A stretch of 64,000 nucleotides of DNA from an uncultured Candidatus Saccharibacteria bacterium (GCA_964593805.1 CAZQHP010000001.1:581283-645282); one strand, 5' to 3'. Shown: positions 55,675 to 64,000, numbered from the stretch's first letter. Numbers and translations are program-made. The notes: generated from the sequence alone by a model not told the origin.

Positions 55675-56808
55675 ATGAAACATGTCAAAACAATAGGTAT
55701 TGTCGGCGGTGGACAGTTAGGCCGTATGCTGACCCAGGCCGCCGTGGCGCTTGGCTATCAAGTTGTGGTGGTAAATCCGAGCGATAATTCGCCAGCCGCA
55801 CAGGTTGGCGCCCAGGAAATCGTCGGTGATTTGTACGACGAGCAGGCACTTACGCAACTGGGTAAGGTGAGCGACGTGGTAACCGTGGAAATTGAGCATT
55901 TGAACGCCGACGTGCTGGCACAGATTGCCAAAGCCGGCAAACACGTCCACCCTAGCCCAGAAACGTTGAAGCTCATTCAGGACAAGTACTTGCAGAAGGT
56001 CTTTTTGAAAAAAGCCGGCATACCTGCTGCGGATTTTATGGAAGTTAAGTCGCCGGCCGACGCTAAAAAAGCTCTGAAAATTTACGGCGGCAAAATGTTG
56101 CTGAAAACCAAGCATGGCGCCTACGACGGTCGAGGTAATGCGCTCATAAGCAGTGCCGAAGAACTGAAAAACGCGCTGGAGCAATTTGGCGAACAGGAAT
56201 TGTACGCCGAAGCGTTCGTGCCGTTTACCAAAGAGCTGGCGGTCATGGTGGCCCGCAGTACCAAAAGCGAAATCAAAACATATCCGGTGGTTGAGACTTT
56301 TCACGAACGCAATATCTGCGTGGAAGTGCACGCTCCCGCAGAAGTAGACCTGGGAGTTCAAAAAAAAGCCGAAGCCCTCGCCGCACAAGCCGCCAAAGAA
56401 CTCAAAGGCGCCGGCGTGTTTGGCATAGAAATGTTTCTGACTGGTGAGGGCGAAGTCCTCATAAATGAAATTGCCCCGCGCGTTCATAACTCCGGCCACT
56501 ACACCATAGAAGCCTGCAAAACATCCCAGTTTGAACAGCACATAAAAGCCATTACCGGTATGCCGCTGGGCAGTACCGCCATGAAAGTCCCGGCGGCCGT
56601 TATGATTAACATTTTGGGTGAGCGCGATGGTGAAACGACTGTGGGCGGGCTAGAGGCAGCCGAAGCCGTTCCTGACACTGCCGTTCACATTTACGGCAAG
56701 TCGCCAACAAAGGTTGACCGCAAAATGGGCCACATTACCGCCACTGGCAAAACCATGAAAGAAGCTCAGGCAAGAGCTCAAAAAGCCCGAAAGGCAATCA
56801 GCATATGA
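55675..56808 (+). CDS. purK: N5-carboxyaminoimidazole ribonucleotide synthase
   Basis: IGIVGGGQLGRML, ATP-grasp body, INEIAPRVHNSGHYT. Confidence 0.9.
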   Translation: MKHVKTIGIVGGGQLGRMLTQAAVALGYQVVVVNPSDNSPAAQVGAQEIVGDLYDEQALTQLGKVSDVVTVEIEHLNADVLAQIAKAGKHVHPSPETLKLIQDKYLQKVFLKKAGIPAADFMEVKSPADAKKALKIYGGKMLLKTKHGAYDGRGNALISSAEELKNALEQFGEQELYAEAFVPFTKELAVMVARSTKSEIKTYPVVETFHERNICVEVHAPAEVDLGVQKKAEALAAQAAKELKGAGVFGIEMFLTGEGEVLINEIAPRVHNSGHYTIEACKTSQFEQHIKAITGMPLGSTAMKVPAAVMINILGERDGETTVGGLEAAEAVPDTAVHIYGKSPTKVDRKMGHITATGKTMKEAQARAQKARKAISI

Positions 56809-57464
56809 TCAAACTAGTCGTCTTTGACTGGAACGGCACGCTTTTGGCGGACGCGAAAGCTTGCGTGGATGGCGTAAACAAACAACTCGAGGTATTGAAT
56901 CGTCCGCCAATAAATCTGAAGGATTATCAGGAACGCTACGATGTGCCGCATTGGCATTTCTACAAAACGTTTGGGATTGAACCTGAAGAAATCAAAGCAA
57001 AATCACTACGAATCGCCGAAGCCTTCCACGCCGAGTATGAACCAAAAGCCGCTCACGCTCGGACGCGCAGTGGCGCTAGACCGCTCTTGGAGAAACTAGC
57101 CACAAAAAATATTACCCGCATAGTCCTAAGCAATCACACGATTGAGGGGATTTATTTACACCTCGAAAGGCTGAAGCTAACCCATCATTTTGACGTTGTA
57201 CTGGCAAATGAAAACATTGGCATGGGGCACTTTAAGGGCAAGCAAGAAAAGCTTGAAATATACTTGGAGACATACGGCGTTCAGGCTCGCAGCGTTGTTA
57301 TTGTAGGCGACACCGTTGAAGAGGTTAAAATTGGCAAGAACTTGGGGCTTAAAACCGTGGCCATTACCGGCGGGTATAATTCGACCAAGCGGCTCAAAGC
57401 CGCCAAACCGGATGTGCTTGTTCACTCGTTACATGAGATAATACCTGCAATAGAGGAGTTTTAG
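56805..57464 (+). CDS. HAD-IA family hydrolase with DxN variant of motif I
   Basis: LVVFDWNGTLL (Asn where the second Asp is expected), LSNHT, VGDTVEEVKIGKNLG. Overlaps the purK stop and abuts the purE start. Confidence 0.7.
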   Translation: MIKLVVFDWNGTLLADAKACVDGVNKQLEVLNRPPINLKDYQERYDVPHWHFYKTFGIEPEEIKAKSLRIAEAFHAEYEPKAAHARTRSGARPLLEKLATKNITRIVLSNHTIEGIYLHLERLKLTHHFDVVLANENIGMGHFKGKQEKLEIYLETYGVQARSVVIVGDTVEEVKIGKNLGLKTVAITGGYNSTKRLKAAKPDVLVHSLHEIIPAIEEF

Positions 57465-57977
57465 ATGGCAGAAAAAGAACCACTGGTAGGCATAATTATG
57501 GGGTCGGATTCGGACATGGACGTTATGTCTGAAGCCGCCAAAGTGTTGCAAGAATTTGGCGTACCGCACGAAGTGCGGGTTGTCTCCGCCCACCGCACGC
57601 CGGATGTCATGACTGCCTACGCCCAAGAAGCGTATTCAAGAGGACTCAAAGTCATCATCGCCGGGGCGGGCGGTTCGGCACACCTGCCGGGCATGACCGC
57701 TTCTGAAACCTTGCTGCCGGTTTTGGCTGTGCCCATAAAGCGCAATCCGGAAGACCACGAAGCTTTGTGGTCCAGCATCAAGATGCCGCCCGGTGTACCG
57801 CTTGCCACCATGCCGGAAAACGGCGCGCGGAACGCCGCGCTGCTGGCCGTGGAAATTTTGAGCCTGCTAGACAAAGAACTAGCCCAAAAATACGCCCAAT
57901 TCCGCAAAAAACAACATGATGACGTGATTGCCGTGGACCAGAAATTACAAGCAGGGGATACAGAAAAAAATGGATGA
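57465..57977 (+). CDS. purE: N5-CAIR mutase
   Basis: IIMGSDSDM, SAHRTP, IIAGAGGSAHLPGM. Confidence 0.95.
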   Translation: MAEKEPLVGIIMGSDSDMDVMSEAAKVLQEFGVPHEVRVVSAHRTPDVMTAYAQEAYSRGLKVIIAGAGGSAHLPGMTASETLLPVLAVPIKRNPEDHEALWSSIKMPPGVPLATMPENGARNAALLAVEILSLLDKELAQKYAQFRKKQHDDVIAVDQKLQAGDTEKNG

Positions 57978-58593
57978 CGTTTCGCTAGCCGGCTGGTTAG
58001 AAAGTTTGGCCGCAAAAAAGCCAACGCCTGGGGGCGGCGCGGTGGCGGCTTTGGCGGCCGCAATCTCGGCGGCGCAACTTGAAATGGTCGCCGCCTACAC
58101 TACCGGACCAAAATGGCAGGATAGCGAAACCCGCATGAAGGAACTTATCAAAAAATTGGGCGGGCTGCGCTCAGACGCCTTGGCGCTCGTCCAGGCTGAT
58201 GCCGAAGCATTCGCGAAAGTAGGCTCCGCGTACCAGATGCCCAAAGAAACAGAAGATGAAAAAACTATTCGTAAAAGCGCTGTACAAAAAGCTTTGGCCG
58301 AGGCCGCAGGTCCGCCAACCAAAACCGCCCAGCTAGCCGCACGTCTGGTAGAAATTGCCGCCGAACTAGCAAAAACCGGCAACCAAAGCGTCATCTCTGA
58401 TGTGGCCGTGGGCGCCTCCATGGCGCGGGTCGCGCTGGAAGCGGCAATCGTAAACATAGAAATCAACGCCCATGCTCTGGAAGACGCCCTGGTTCAAAAA
58501 ACCCTTCGAGCCGCCGTGGGGGAGGCAACGGGCGCTATTCAAGACGCCGGCACGGTTACTGGGGCGGTTCGTGATAGGTTGGCGGCGTCATGA
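57970..58593 (+). CDS. Cyclodeaminase/cyclohydrolase family protein (FTCD C-terminal / FchA-like)
   Basis: WLESLAAKKPTPGGGAVAALAAAISAAQLEMVAAYT. ATG 57970 overlaps the purE end (ATGGATGA). Confidence 0.8.
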   Translation: MDDVSLAGWLESLAAKKPTPGGGAVAALAAAISAAQLEMVAAYTTGPKWQDSETRMKELIKKLGGLRSDALALVQADAEAFAKVGSAYQMPKETEDEKTIRKSAVQKALAEAAGPPTKTAQLAARLVEIAAELAKTGNQSVISDVAVGASMARVALEAAIVNIEINAHALEDALVQKTLRAAVGEATGAIQDAGTVTGAVRDRLAAS

Positions 58594-59441
58594 CAGAAAT
58601 ATTAAGCGGCAAAAAACTAGCCGCCGAAATCCGAGACGAAGTAGCCGAAGCGGTTCAAAATTTGCAGGCAAGCGGCATCAACCCCACTTTGGCCGTAGTG
58701 GTGGCCACAGAAGAAGAGTCAACCGAGTTTTACGTCCGGCACATTACCAAAGCCGCCGGTAGCACGGGCGTACGTGTTGACGTTATCCGGCTTGACGCGG
58801 ATGCTTCGCACGACCAAATCGCCAGTGAAATCACTCGGCTGGCAAGCGACAAATCCGTCCATGGGATTATTCTGCAAACGCCTTTGCCAGACGAAGTTAA
58901 CGTGGAAAATTTGCGTTCGCTCATACCGGTAGAAAAAGACATAGACGGCGCCAACCCGCTGAGCGCTGGCCGGCTGGTATGCGGCATGGAAGCGTTTGCC
59001 CCTACCACAGCCGTTGCCGTCATGGAAATATTGAAACGCTATGACCTGCCGGTGGCTGGAACCCACGCTGTGATAATCGGCCGCAGCTTGGTGGTCGGCA
59101 AACCGCTGGCTAGTTTACTGTTAGCAAAAGACGCCACCGTGACTGTTTGCCACTCTAAAACCCGTAACTTGAACGAAGTTAGCCGCCAGGCGGACATACT
59201 GGTTGTGGCCATAGGACGGTCGCATATGATTGGCGCGGATTACGTCAAACGGGGAGCAATTGTTATAGATGTGGGCACGAATGTAGTAGAAGACGGCAGT
59301 TTGGCTGGCGACGTAGACAGCCAAGCCATCCAAGACACGGCCGGCGCGTTCTCTCCAGTCCCCGGCGGCGTCGGCCCGGTAACTACGGCGTTACTACTCA
59401 AGCAGACGGTTCAGGCGGCTCAGACGCTTCAGCAGGGTTAG
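58590..59441 (+). CDS. folD: Bifunctional methylene-THF dehydrogenase / methenyl-THF cyclohydrolase
   Basis: ILSGKKLA, GIILQTPLP, IIGRSLVVGKPLA, SPVPGGVGPVTTA. Confidence 0.95.
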   Translation: MTEILSGKKLAAEIRDEVAEAVQNLQASGINPTLAVVVATEEESTEFYVRHITKAAGSTGVRVDVIRLDADASHDQIASEITRLASDKSVHGIILQTPLPDEVNVENLRSLIPVEKDIDGANPLSAGRLVCGMEAFAPTTAVAVMEILKRYDLPVAGTHAVIIGRSLVVGKPLASLLLAKDATVTVCHSKTRNLNEVSRQADILVVAIGRSHMIGADYVKRGAIVIDVGTNVVEDGSLAGDVDSQAIQDTAGAFSPVPGGVGPVTTALLLKQTVQAAQTLQQG

Positions 59442-59892
59442 ACTGAGCAAAGACACGAGCCATTTGGTCTTGGTCGCTGAAATCCGGTGAAGCCGGATCG
59501 TCAAGCCAAATTCTTAGAATTGTACTGCCGTCCGTCATAACGCGGATATGATCCTCGGGGATTAGGAGTTCAGCGGCGGGTATTTCCTCCGCTTCATCAC
59601 CCACGCCGACTACAGGGAAATCACCTTCAAATGTAATTTCGAATTCGCCTAATCCGCCTATGTGGAGCTTACCGTCTTTGACCCAAACCCTTTTTCCTTC
59701 TTCGCGGGCACGCTCGACATGCTCCCGACGATTTTCTTCGGTAGCATCAACGACAAGTTCTATATAACTGGCGGCCAGCCTTTTTGCACGCACAATTTCT
59801 GGCTGAACCTCTTCAACCACATACATGTCACCGCTAACTTCCGGCATATATTTATGACGTGATGCTTTATTCATATGCAAACAATAATACAT
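59398..59892 (-). CDS. Hypothetical acidic protein
   Basis: 164 aa, no recognised motif; 44-nt convergent overlap with folD. Alternative start ATG 59874 (MNKASRHKY). Confidence 0.4.
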   Translation of the reverse strand: MYYCLHMNKASRHKYMPEVSGDMYVVEEVQPEIVRAKRLAASYIELVVDATEENRREHVERAREEGKRVWVKDGKLHIGGLGEFEITFEGDFPVVGVGDEAEEIPAAELLIPEDHIRVMTDGSTILRIWLDDPASPDFSDQDQMARVFAQSNPAEASEPPEPSA

Positions 59893-59961
59893 TTTTGTTG
59901 TTAAGTCAAGTGTTTATGCTCCTTTTCAGGTGTGATTTCTGTCACTTTTGGAGTAATTGGC

Positions 59962-59989
59962 TTGCGTATGAAAGCGTAAATGGTATGAT
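59962..59989 (+). promoter_or_regulatory. Predicted purF-purN-purD-purL promoter
   Basis: TTGCGT (59962-59967), 16-nt spacer, TGGTATGAT (59981-59989). ATG 59998 follows 8 nt after the hexamer. Confidence 0.5.
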
Positions 59990-59997
59990 ATGTACAG

Positions 59998-61518
59998 ATG
60001 GGACGTCAAAAAGTATTATTGCCTATTACCCCAAATCATATGGCAGACGACCACGCCCTCACGGAAAAGTGTGCCGTGTTCGGGGTCTATGGCCAGCCCG
60101 ATGAAGCGGCGCGCGTAACCTACTACGGGTTATGGGCGTTGCAGCACCGGGGACAGGAAAGTTCCGGCATAGCCAGCACTGACGGCAAAAAAATCTACCG
60201 CCACGCCGAAAGCGGCCTGGTAGCCAACGTCTACCGCGAAGAAGACCTGGACACTTTGCCAGGCAACATTGCCATAGGCCACAACCGCTACGCCACATCT
60301 GGCGATTCCAGAGAGCTTTATAACCAGCCAATTGTGAATAAAAGCAAAACATTCGCGTTTGCTCACAACGGAAACCTGCCAGACACGACCAAACTTAGGT
60401 CGTTCCTGCAAAAAAATGGCGTAGACACGACCAATTTGAATGACTCCCATATGATGGCCGTGGCCATTGACCTCTACATTATGAAGGGGCAAAGCCTCGA
60501 ACAAGCCATAACCAGCGCCTACCCCTTATTTGAAGGGGTTTTTTCTGCCGTGGCGATGGACAAAACCAAACTGGTCGCTTTCCGAGACAAATGCGGTATC
60601 CGACCGCTATCTATCGGCAGGCTGGGCGAGGGCTACGTGGTTGCTTCTGAAACCTGCGCTTTTGACACCATTGGCGCCACGTTCCTGCGCACCGTAGAGC
60701 CTGGCGAAATGGTAGTAATAGACAAAAACGGACTGAAATCTCACCAAGTTGTACCTGGCAATCAAAAACTCGATATTTTTGAATTTGTATACTTTGCCCG
60801 CCCGGACAGCGTACTGCTAGGACAGCGTGTAAACAGCGTCCGCCAGCGGTTTGGAGCCGAAATTGCCAAAGAGTTTGCCGTCGAAGCCGACGTAGTTATA
60901 CCAGTTCCTGACTCGTCAATCCCGGCGGCAATCGGCTACGCAGAAGCTACCGGCGTACCATTTGACATGGGGCTTATCAAAAACCGCTACATTCACCGCA
61001 CGTTTATACAGCCAACCCCGGAAATGCGCCGCCGCGACGTCAAAATGAAACTAAACCCAGTGGTTGAAAGCATTGCCGGCAAGCGAGTAGTGCTGGTAGA
61101 TGACTCAATCGTCCGCGGTACCACCATGCGCCAGGTGGTGCAGATGATTCGAGACGCCGGCGCCAAAGAACTGCACGTAGTGATTAGCAGCCCGCCGGTT
61201 AAGTATCCCGACTTTTACGGTATCAATACGCCCGACCAGGAAGACTTGATTTCTTCCAGGCTGAGCGTGGAGGAAGTTCGCGAGTACATTGGCGCTGATT
61301 CGCTGCATTTTCTGTCATACGAAGGCATGATACGCGCTACCAATTTGCCGGAAAATGTCTTTTCTATGTCTTGTTTTAACGGCGTTTACCCAATCCCGAT
61401 TGGCAATGCCGCCAAAACAATCAAGCACACTCCCACCCATCCGCGCAACTCTAAAAGCACCGGCCACAACACTAAAAAGAACCAGCGAACCGCTGAACCA
61501 ATTAAGGCCCTGGCTTAG
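59998..61518 (+). CDS. purF: Amidophosphoribosyltransferase
   Basis: Propeptide then nucleophile CAVFGVYG; PRPP loop VVLVDDSIVRGTT. Alternative start ATG 60040 would give a 10-aa propeptide. Confidence 0.95.
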   Translation: MGRQKVLLPITPNHMADDHALTEKCAVFGVYGQPDEAARVTYYGLWALQHRGQESSGIASTDGKKIYRHAESGLVANVYREEDLDTLPGNIAIGHNRYATSGDSRELYNQPIVNKSKTFAFAHNGNLPDTTKLRSFLQKNGVDTTNLNDSHMMAVAIDLYIMKGQSLEQAITSAYPLFEGVFSAVAMDKTKLVAFRDKCGIRPLSIGRLGEGYVVASETCAFDTIGATFLRTVEPGEMVVIDKNGLKSHQVVPGNQKLDIFEFVYFARPDSVLLGQRVNSVRQRFGAEIAKEFAVEADVVIPVPDSSIPAAIGYAEATGVPFDMGLIKNRYIHRTFIQPTPEMRRRDVKMKLNPVVESIAGKRVVLVDDSIVRGTTMRQVVQMIRDAGAKELHVVISSPPVKYPDFYGINTPDQEDLISSRLSVEEVREYIGADSLHFLSYEGMIRATNLPENVFSMSCFNGVYPIPIGNAAKTIKHTPTHPRNSKSTGHNTKKNQRTAEPIKALA

Positions 61519-61521
61519 CGC

Positions 61522-62208
61522 ATGAAGCAGGTCGCCATTCTCGCCTCTGGACAAGGGACGACAGCGGCGGCATTTATTCAAGCGGGGGCAAAAGAGCGCA
61601 TTAACACCACCGTCGGTCTGGTAATTTGCAATAATGCCAAAGCCGGCATTTTTGACCGCGTAGCGGCTCTGAACCAGCAGTATGGTTTGGCTATTAAATC
61701 AGCGCTCATAAACGGCTTAACTCACCCGGCAGAAGCGGATGAAGCAATTGAACCGGGCGCTCAAACCCAGGCCGAAGAAACGGCTATCTTAGAACTGCTG
61801 CGAGCCGGCAAGTACGATTTGATTGTGCTGATGGGCTACATGAAGCGAGTCGGCCCAAAGCTGGTGCATGAATTTGGCTGGCACCCGGACTATTCCAGCC
61901 CATACCAAGCGATGTTTCTCAACACCCACCCCGGTTTATTGCCCCAAACCAAAGGATCCTACGGCCTCCCGGCGCAGCAGCTCACACTAGATAAAAAGAT
62001 GCCTTACGGCGGCCAAACCCTGCACGTCGTGGCCGAAGACTATGATGACGGGCCGGTGATAGCCGAGCACAAAGTGGCGGTTCAGCCGGATGACACGGCC
62101 GAAACGCTCTTTGCCCGCGTTCAGGCAGTGGAAAAACAAACCCTGCCAGGCGACGTTGACGCTTTTATAAAAAATCGTCAAAATTACCTGCAAAAGGGGA
62201 GCAATTAA
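61522..62208 (+). CDS. purN: Phosphoribosylglycinamide formyltransferase
   Basis: VAILASGQGT, NTHPGLLP, GQTLHVVAEDYDDGPVI. Confidence 0.85.
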   Translation: MKQVAILASGQGTTAAAFIQAGAKERINTTVGLVICNNAKAGIFDRVAALNQQYGLAIKSALINGLTHPAEADEAIEPGAQTQAEETAILELLRAGKYDLIVLMGYMKRVGPKLVHEFGWHPDYSSPYQAMFLNTHPGLLPQTKGSYGLPAQQLTLDKKMPYGGQTLHVVAEDYDDGPVIAEHKVAVQPDDTAETLFARVQAVEKQTLPGDVDAFIKNRQNYLQKGSN

Positions 62209-62209
62209 C

Positions 62210-63493
62210 ATGGGAGCAAAGGTATTAGTTATTGGCGGAGGCGGGCGAGAACACGCGCTGGCCTGGAAGCTTGCCCAATCACCGCAGGTTAGCCAGTTAT
62301 ATGTAGCGCCCGGAAACGGCGGCACCGAAGCCATTGCCAAGAACGTACCAATAGGCTTCACCGACGCAACTGGGCTGCTCAAATTTGCCCAAGAAAACCA
62401 GATTGACCTAACAGTTATTGGCCAGGAAGCCGCCAGCGACGCCGGTGTAGTTGACGCGTTCCAATCAGCCGGTCTGGCAATCTTTGGCCCCACCAAAACC
62501 GCTACCCGTATAGAATCGTCTAAAGCCTTTTCCAAAGATTTGATGAAACGACAGCATATACCAACGGCTGGATATGAAACATTTACAGACCCCCAGGCAG
62601 CACAAAAATACGCCCAAACCAGGAGTTTTCCATTAGTTATAAAAGCCAGCGGGCTGGCCGAGGGCAAAGGCGTCGTTATAGCCGAAAATCTTGAACAAGC
62701 CGAGACTGCTATTGGGGACATGATGGTCAAAAAAACCTTCAAAGAAGCTGGCAACACTATCGTTATAGAAGAGTTTCTTAAAGGCCAGGAAGTATCTATT
62801 CATGCTCTGTGTGACGGCTCTGAAGCCGTGCTTTTCCCGGCCTCCCAAGACCACAAACAAATTTTTGACGGTGACAAGGGCCCGAATACTGGCGGCATGG
62901 GTGTGATTGCCCCTGTGCCGTGGGTCACGAACGAACATTTGCAATTTGCCATGGAGCGAGTTGTCAAACCAACACTCGCCGGGCTAAAAACCGAAGGCTC
63001 GCCATTTACGGGCTGCTTGTACCCTGGGCTTATGATCGATGGGTTAGACGTAAAAGTTCTTGAATTCAATGCTCGTTTTGGCGACCCCGAAGCAGAAACG
63101 TACCTGCGCCTGCTAGACGGTGACTTGTACGAAATACTGCTGTCCTGCACGCGCGGCAAACTTGATCCGTCGCAAGTCAAATGGAACGCTGGCGCGGCGA
63201 TTTCTGTGGCAGTTGCCTCGGGCGGGTACCCGGGTGCGTATAAAAAGGGGCTACCGATTGCCGGCATAGAAGAGGCTGAGAAAATGGATGGCGTAGTTGT
63301 CCTCCAGGCAGGAACGGTTCGAGAAAATGGGCAGCTACTAACAAATGGTGGCCGAGTCCTTTATGTTACCGCGCTAGGCAGCAATCTCGAGGACGCACGA
63401 ACCAAAGCTTACGCGGCCGTAAAACTTATCAAATTTGAAGGCATGCATTACCGCACCGACATAGGTGCGCGGCGTTCTGGAGTGAAGCCGTAG
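62210..63493 (+). CDS. purD: Phosphoribosylamine--glycine ligase
   Basis: KVLVIGGGGREHALAWKL, ATP-grasp core, VLEFNARFGDPE. Confidence 0.95.
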   Translation: MGAKVLVIGGGGREHALAWKLAQSPQVSQLYVAPGNGGTEAIAKNVPIGFTDATGLLKFAQENQIDLTVIGQEAASDAGVVDAFQSAGLAIFGPTKTATRIESSKAFSKDLMKRQHIPTAGYETFTDPQAAQKYAQTRSFPLVIKASGLAEGKGVVIAENLEQAETAIGDMMVKKTFKEAGNTIVIEEFLKGQEVSIHALCDGSEAVLFPASQDHKQIFDGDKGPNTGGMGVIAPVPWVTNEHLQFAMERVVKPTLAGLKTEGSPFTGCLYPGLMIDGLDVKVLEFNARFGDPEAETYLRLLDGDLYEILLSCTRGKLDPSQVKWNAGAAISVAVASGGYPGAYKKGLPIAGIEEAEKMDGVVVLQAGTVRENGQLLTNGGRVLYVTALGSNLEDARTKAYAAVKLIKFEGMHYRTDIGARRSGVKP

Positions 63494-64000
63494 TGCAGGT
63501 ATACAAAGGCATAGGCGCGCTGCCGCGTTTCAGACAGGCCAAGTTGCTCAAAGAGCTACAGGCTATAGACAAGCATATCAGCGGGGTAGAGGCTGAGTAC
63601 GTGCATTTTGTAGATACGCTTCGAGCCACCGGCATTGGTGAGGACGAGCGACTACAAAAATTGCTTACTTACGACACGCCATTTTCCGGTGCACGGAGCG
63701 GTGAGTTGTTTTTGGTGGTGCCGCGGCCCGGTACCATTTCACCGTGGTCTTCCAAAGCCACCGATATTGCCAAAAGCTGCGGGCTCAAAGAAGTCCAGCG
63801 AATCGAGCGTGCCAAAGCTTTTTATATCACCGCCGGCCAGCCAATAAAACGCGAAAAAGTGCAGCAGCTTTTGCATGACCGCATGACGGAAGCCGTGCTG
63901 GACAGCCTGGACGCTTCGGCGGTGCTGTTTGAAGCCCATGCGCCCAGACCAAACATCGCCGTGGACATACGCGGCAAAGGCAAGTCGGCACTGGAGCGGG
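63493..64000 (+). CDS. purL: Phosphoribosylformylglycinamidine synthase, large single-chain type, N-terminal 169 codons (runs off window end)
   Basis: Absent from track (edge). My translation from GTG 63493 reads VQVYKGIGALPRFRQAKLL...AEYVHFVD...VVPRPGTISPWSSKATDIAKSCGL...HDRMTEAV, collinear with the E. coli PurL N-terminus. Confidence 0.85.
   Translation, partial: MQVYKGIGALPRFRQAKLLKELQAIDKHISGVEAEYVHFVDTLRATGIGEDERLQKLLTYDTPFSGARSGELFLVVPRPGTISPWSSKATDIAKSCGLKEVQRIERAKAFYITAGQPIKREKVQQLLHDRMTEAVLDSLDASAVLFEAHAPRPNIAVDIRGKGKSALER

Noticed and set aside
55717-56541. 274-aa minus-strand ORF inside purK. Similar cases: 61987-62757 (256 aa, antisense to purN/purD), 42795-43355, 17022-17429 and 29475-29795.
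   Set aside because: All are antisense or out of frame relative to strongly supported conserved genes and have no recognisable motifs. They are typical mid-GC shadow ORFs.
59927-59932. CAGGTG half-site upstream of the purF promoter as a second copy of the purP operator.
   Set aside because: A single 6-mer without a partner arm is expected by chance at this scale.
59893-59997. Purine, ZTP, THF or PRPP riboswitches upstream of pur and folate genes. Leaders 21363-21581, 48558-48623, 51572-51656 and 55631-55674 were also checked.
   Set aside because: Most of these genes appear leaderless or have leaders under 50 nt. I could not find the conserved cores, for example the ZTP GGGUCGUGACUGGCG...CCGCCUGGGCA or a purine three-way junction. 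An Infernal scan would be decisive.
1-64000. Searched by eye for CRISPR arrays, rRNA, integrase/transposase/recombinase, reverse transcriptase, Cas-like, and canonical defence or toxin-antitoxin operons.
   Set aside because: No regularly spaced direct repeats were seen. No ORF had motifs of these families. The only mobile-element-like signals are the tRNA-associated scars, the GIY-YIG gene and one IR element, all reported separately.

Overview
Gene-dense, mid-GC bacterial chromosome segment with about 80 genes; many junctions are short or overlapping. On the minus strand at the left edge is an F1Fo ATP synthase operon (atpZ-like, atpB, E, F, H, and atpA running off the edge). Next come redox and cofactor genes (glutaredoxin-like, cobO, TerC) and several secreted or envelope proteins: thermonuclease, GT2, a clan GH-A hydrolase, a GH10 xylanase, an M23 peptidase, sortase, a PEGA protein, a type IV pilin and DUF3048. 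Housekeeping genes include smpB, tRNA-Asn(GTT), tRNA-Ser(GGA), tRNA-Leu(CAA), a PfkB kinase with ahcY, zwf-gnd-pgl, pyrH, xth, gltX and a histidine kinase/response regulator pair. There is a degenerate umuD-like/umuC cassette. From 48.6 kb to the right edge lies a de novo purine and one-carbon supercluster: purH, serA, purM, purB, purC, purK, purE, fchA-like, folD, purF, purN, purD and the start of a large-type purL. Two tandem archaeal-type purP genes sit separately at 19-21 kb. The repertoire resembles Saccharibacteria/Patescibacteria-like monoderm genomes, but taxonomy cannot be established from this window. I saw no rRNA, CRISPR array, integrase, transposase, reverse transcriptase or canonical defence system, and I found no convincing multi-gene novel system. 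Four signals stand out. (1) The tRNA-Ser locus holds a tRNA half broken in the anticodon loop, a GIY-YIG gene abutting an intact tRNA-Ser, and a 0.64 kb high-GC, GC3-skewed segment ending in a decayed tRNA 3' repeat. (2) Archaeal purP x2 coexists with a full bacterial purH pathway. (3) A -10 box lies 5-9 nt before start codons at 27 genes listed below, which implies leaderless mRNAs and refines several starts. (4) The umuD homolog lacks its nucleophile and cleavage site and sits behind a 0.3 kb unexplained leader. All protein calls rest on motif recognition from memory; no searches were run.
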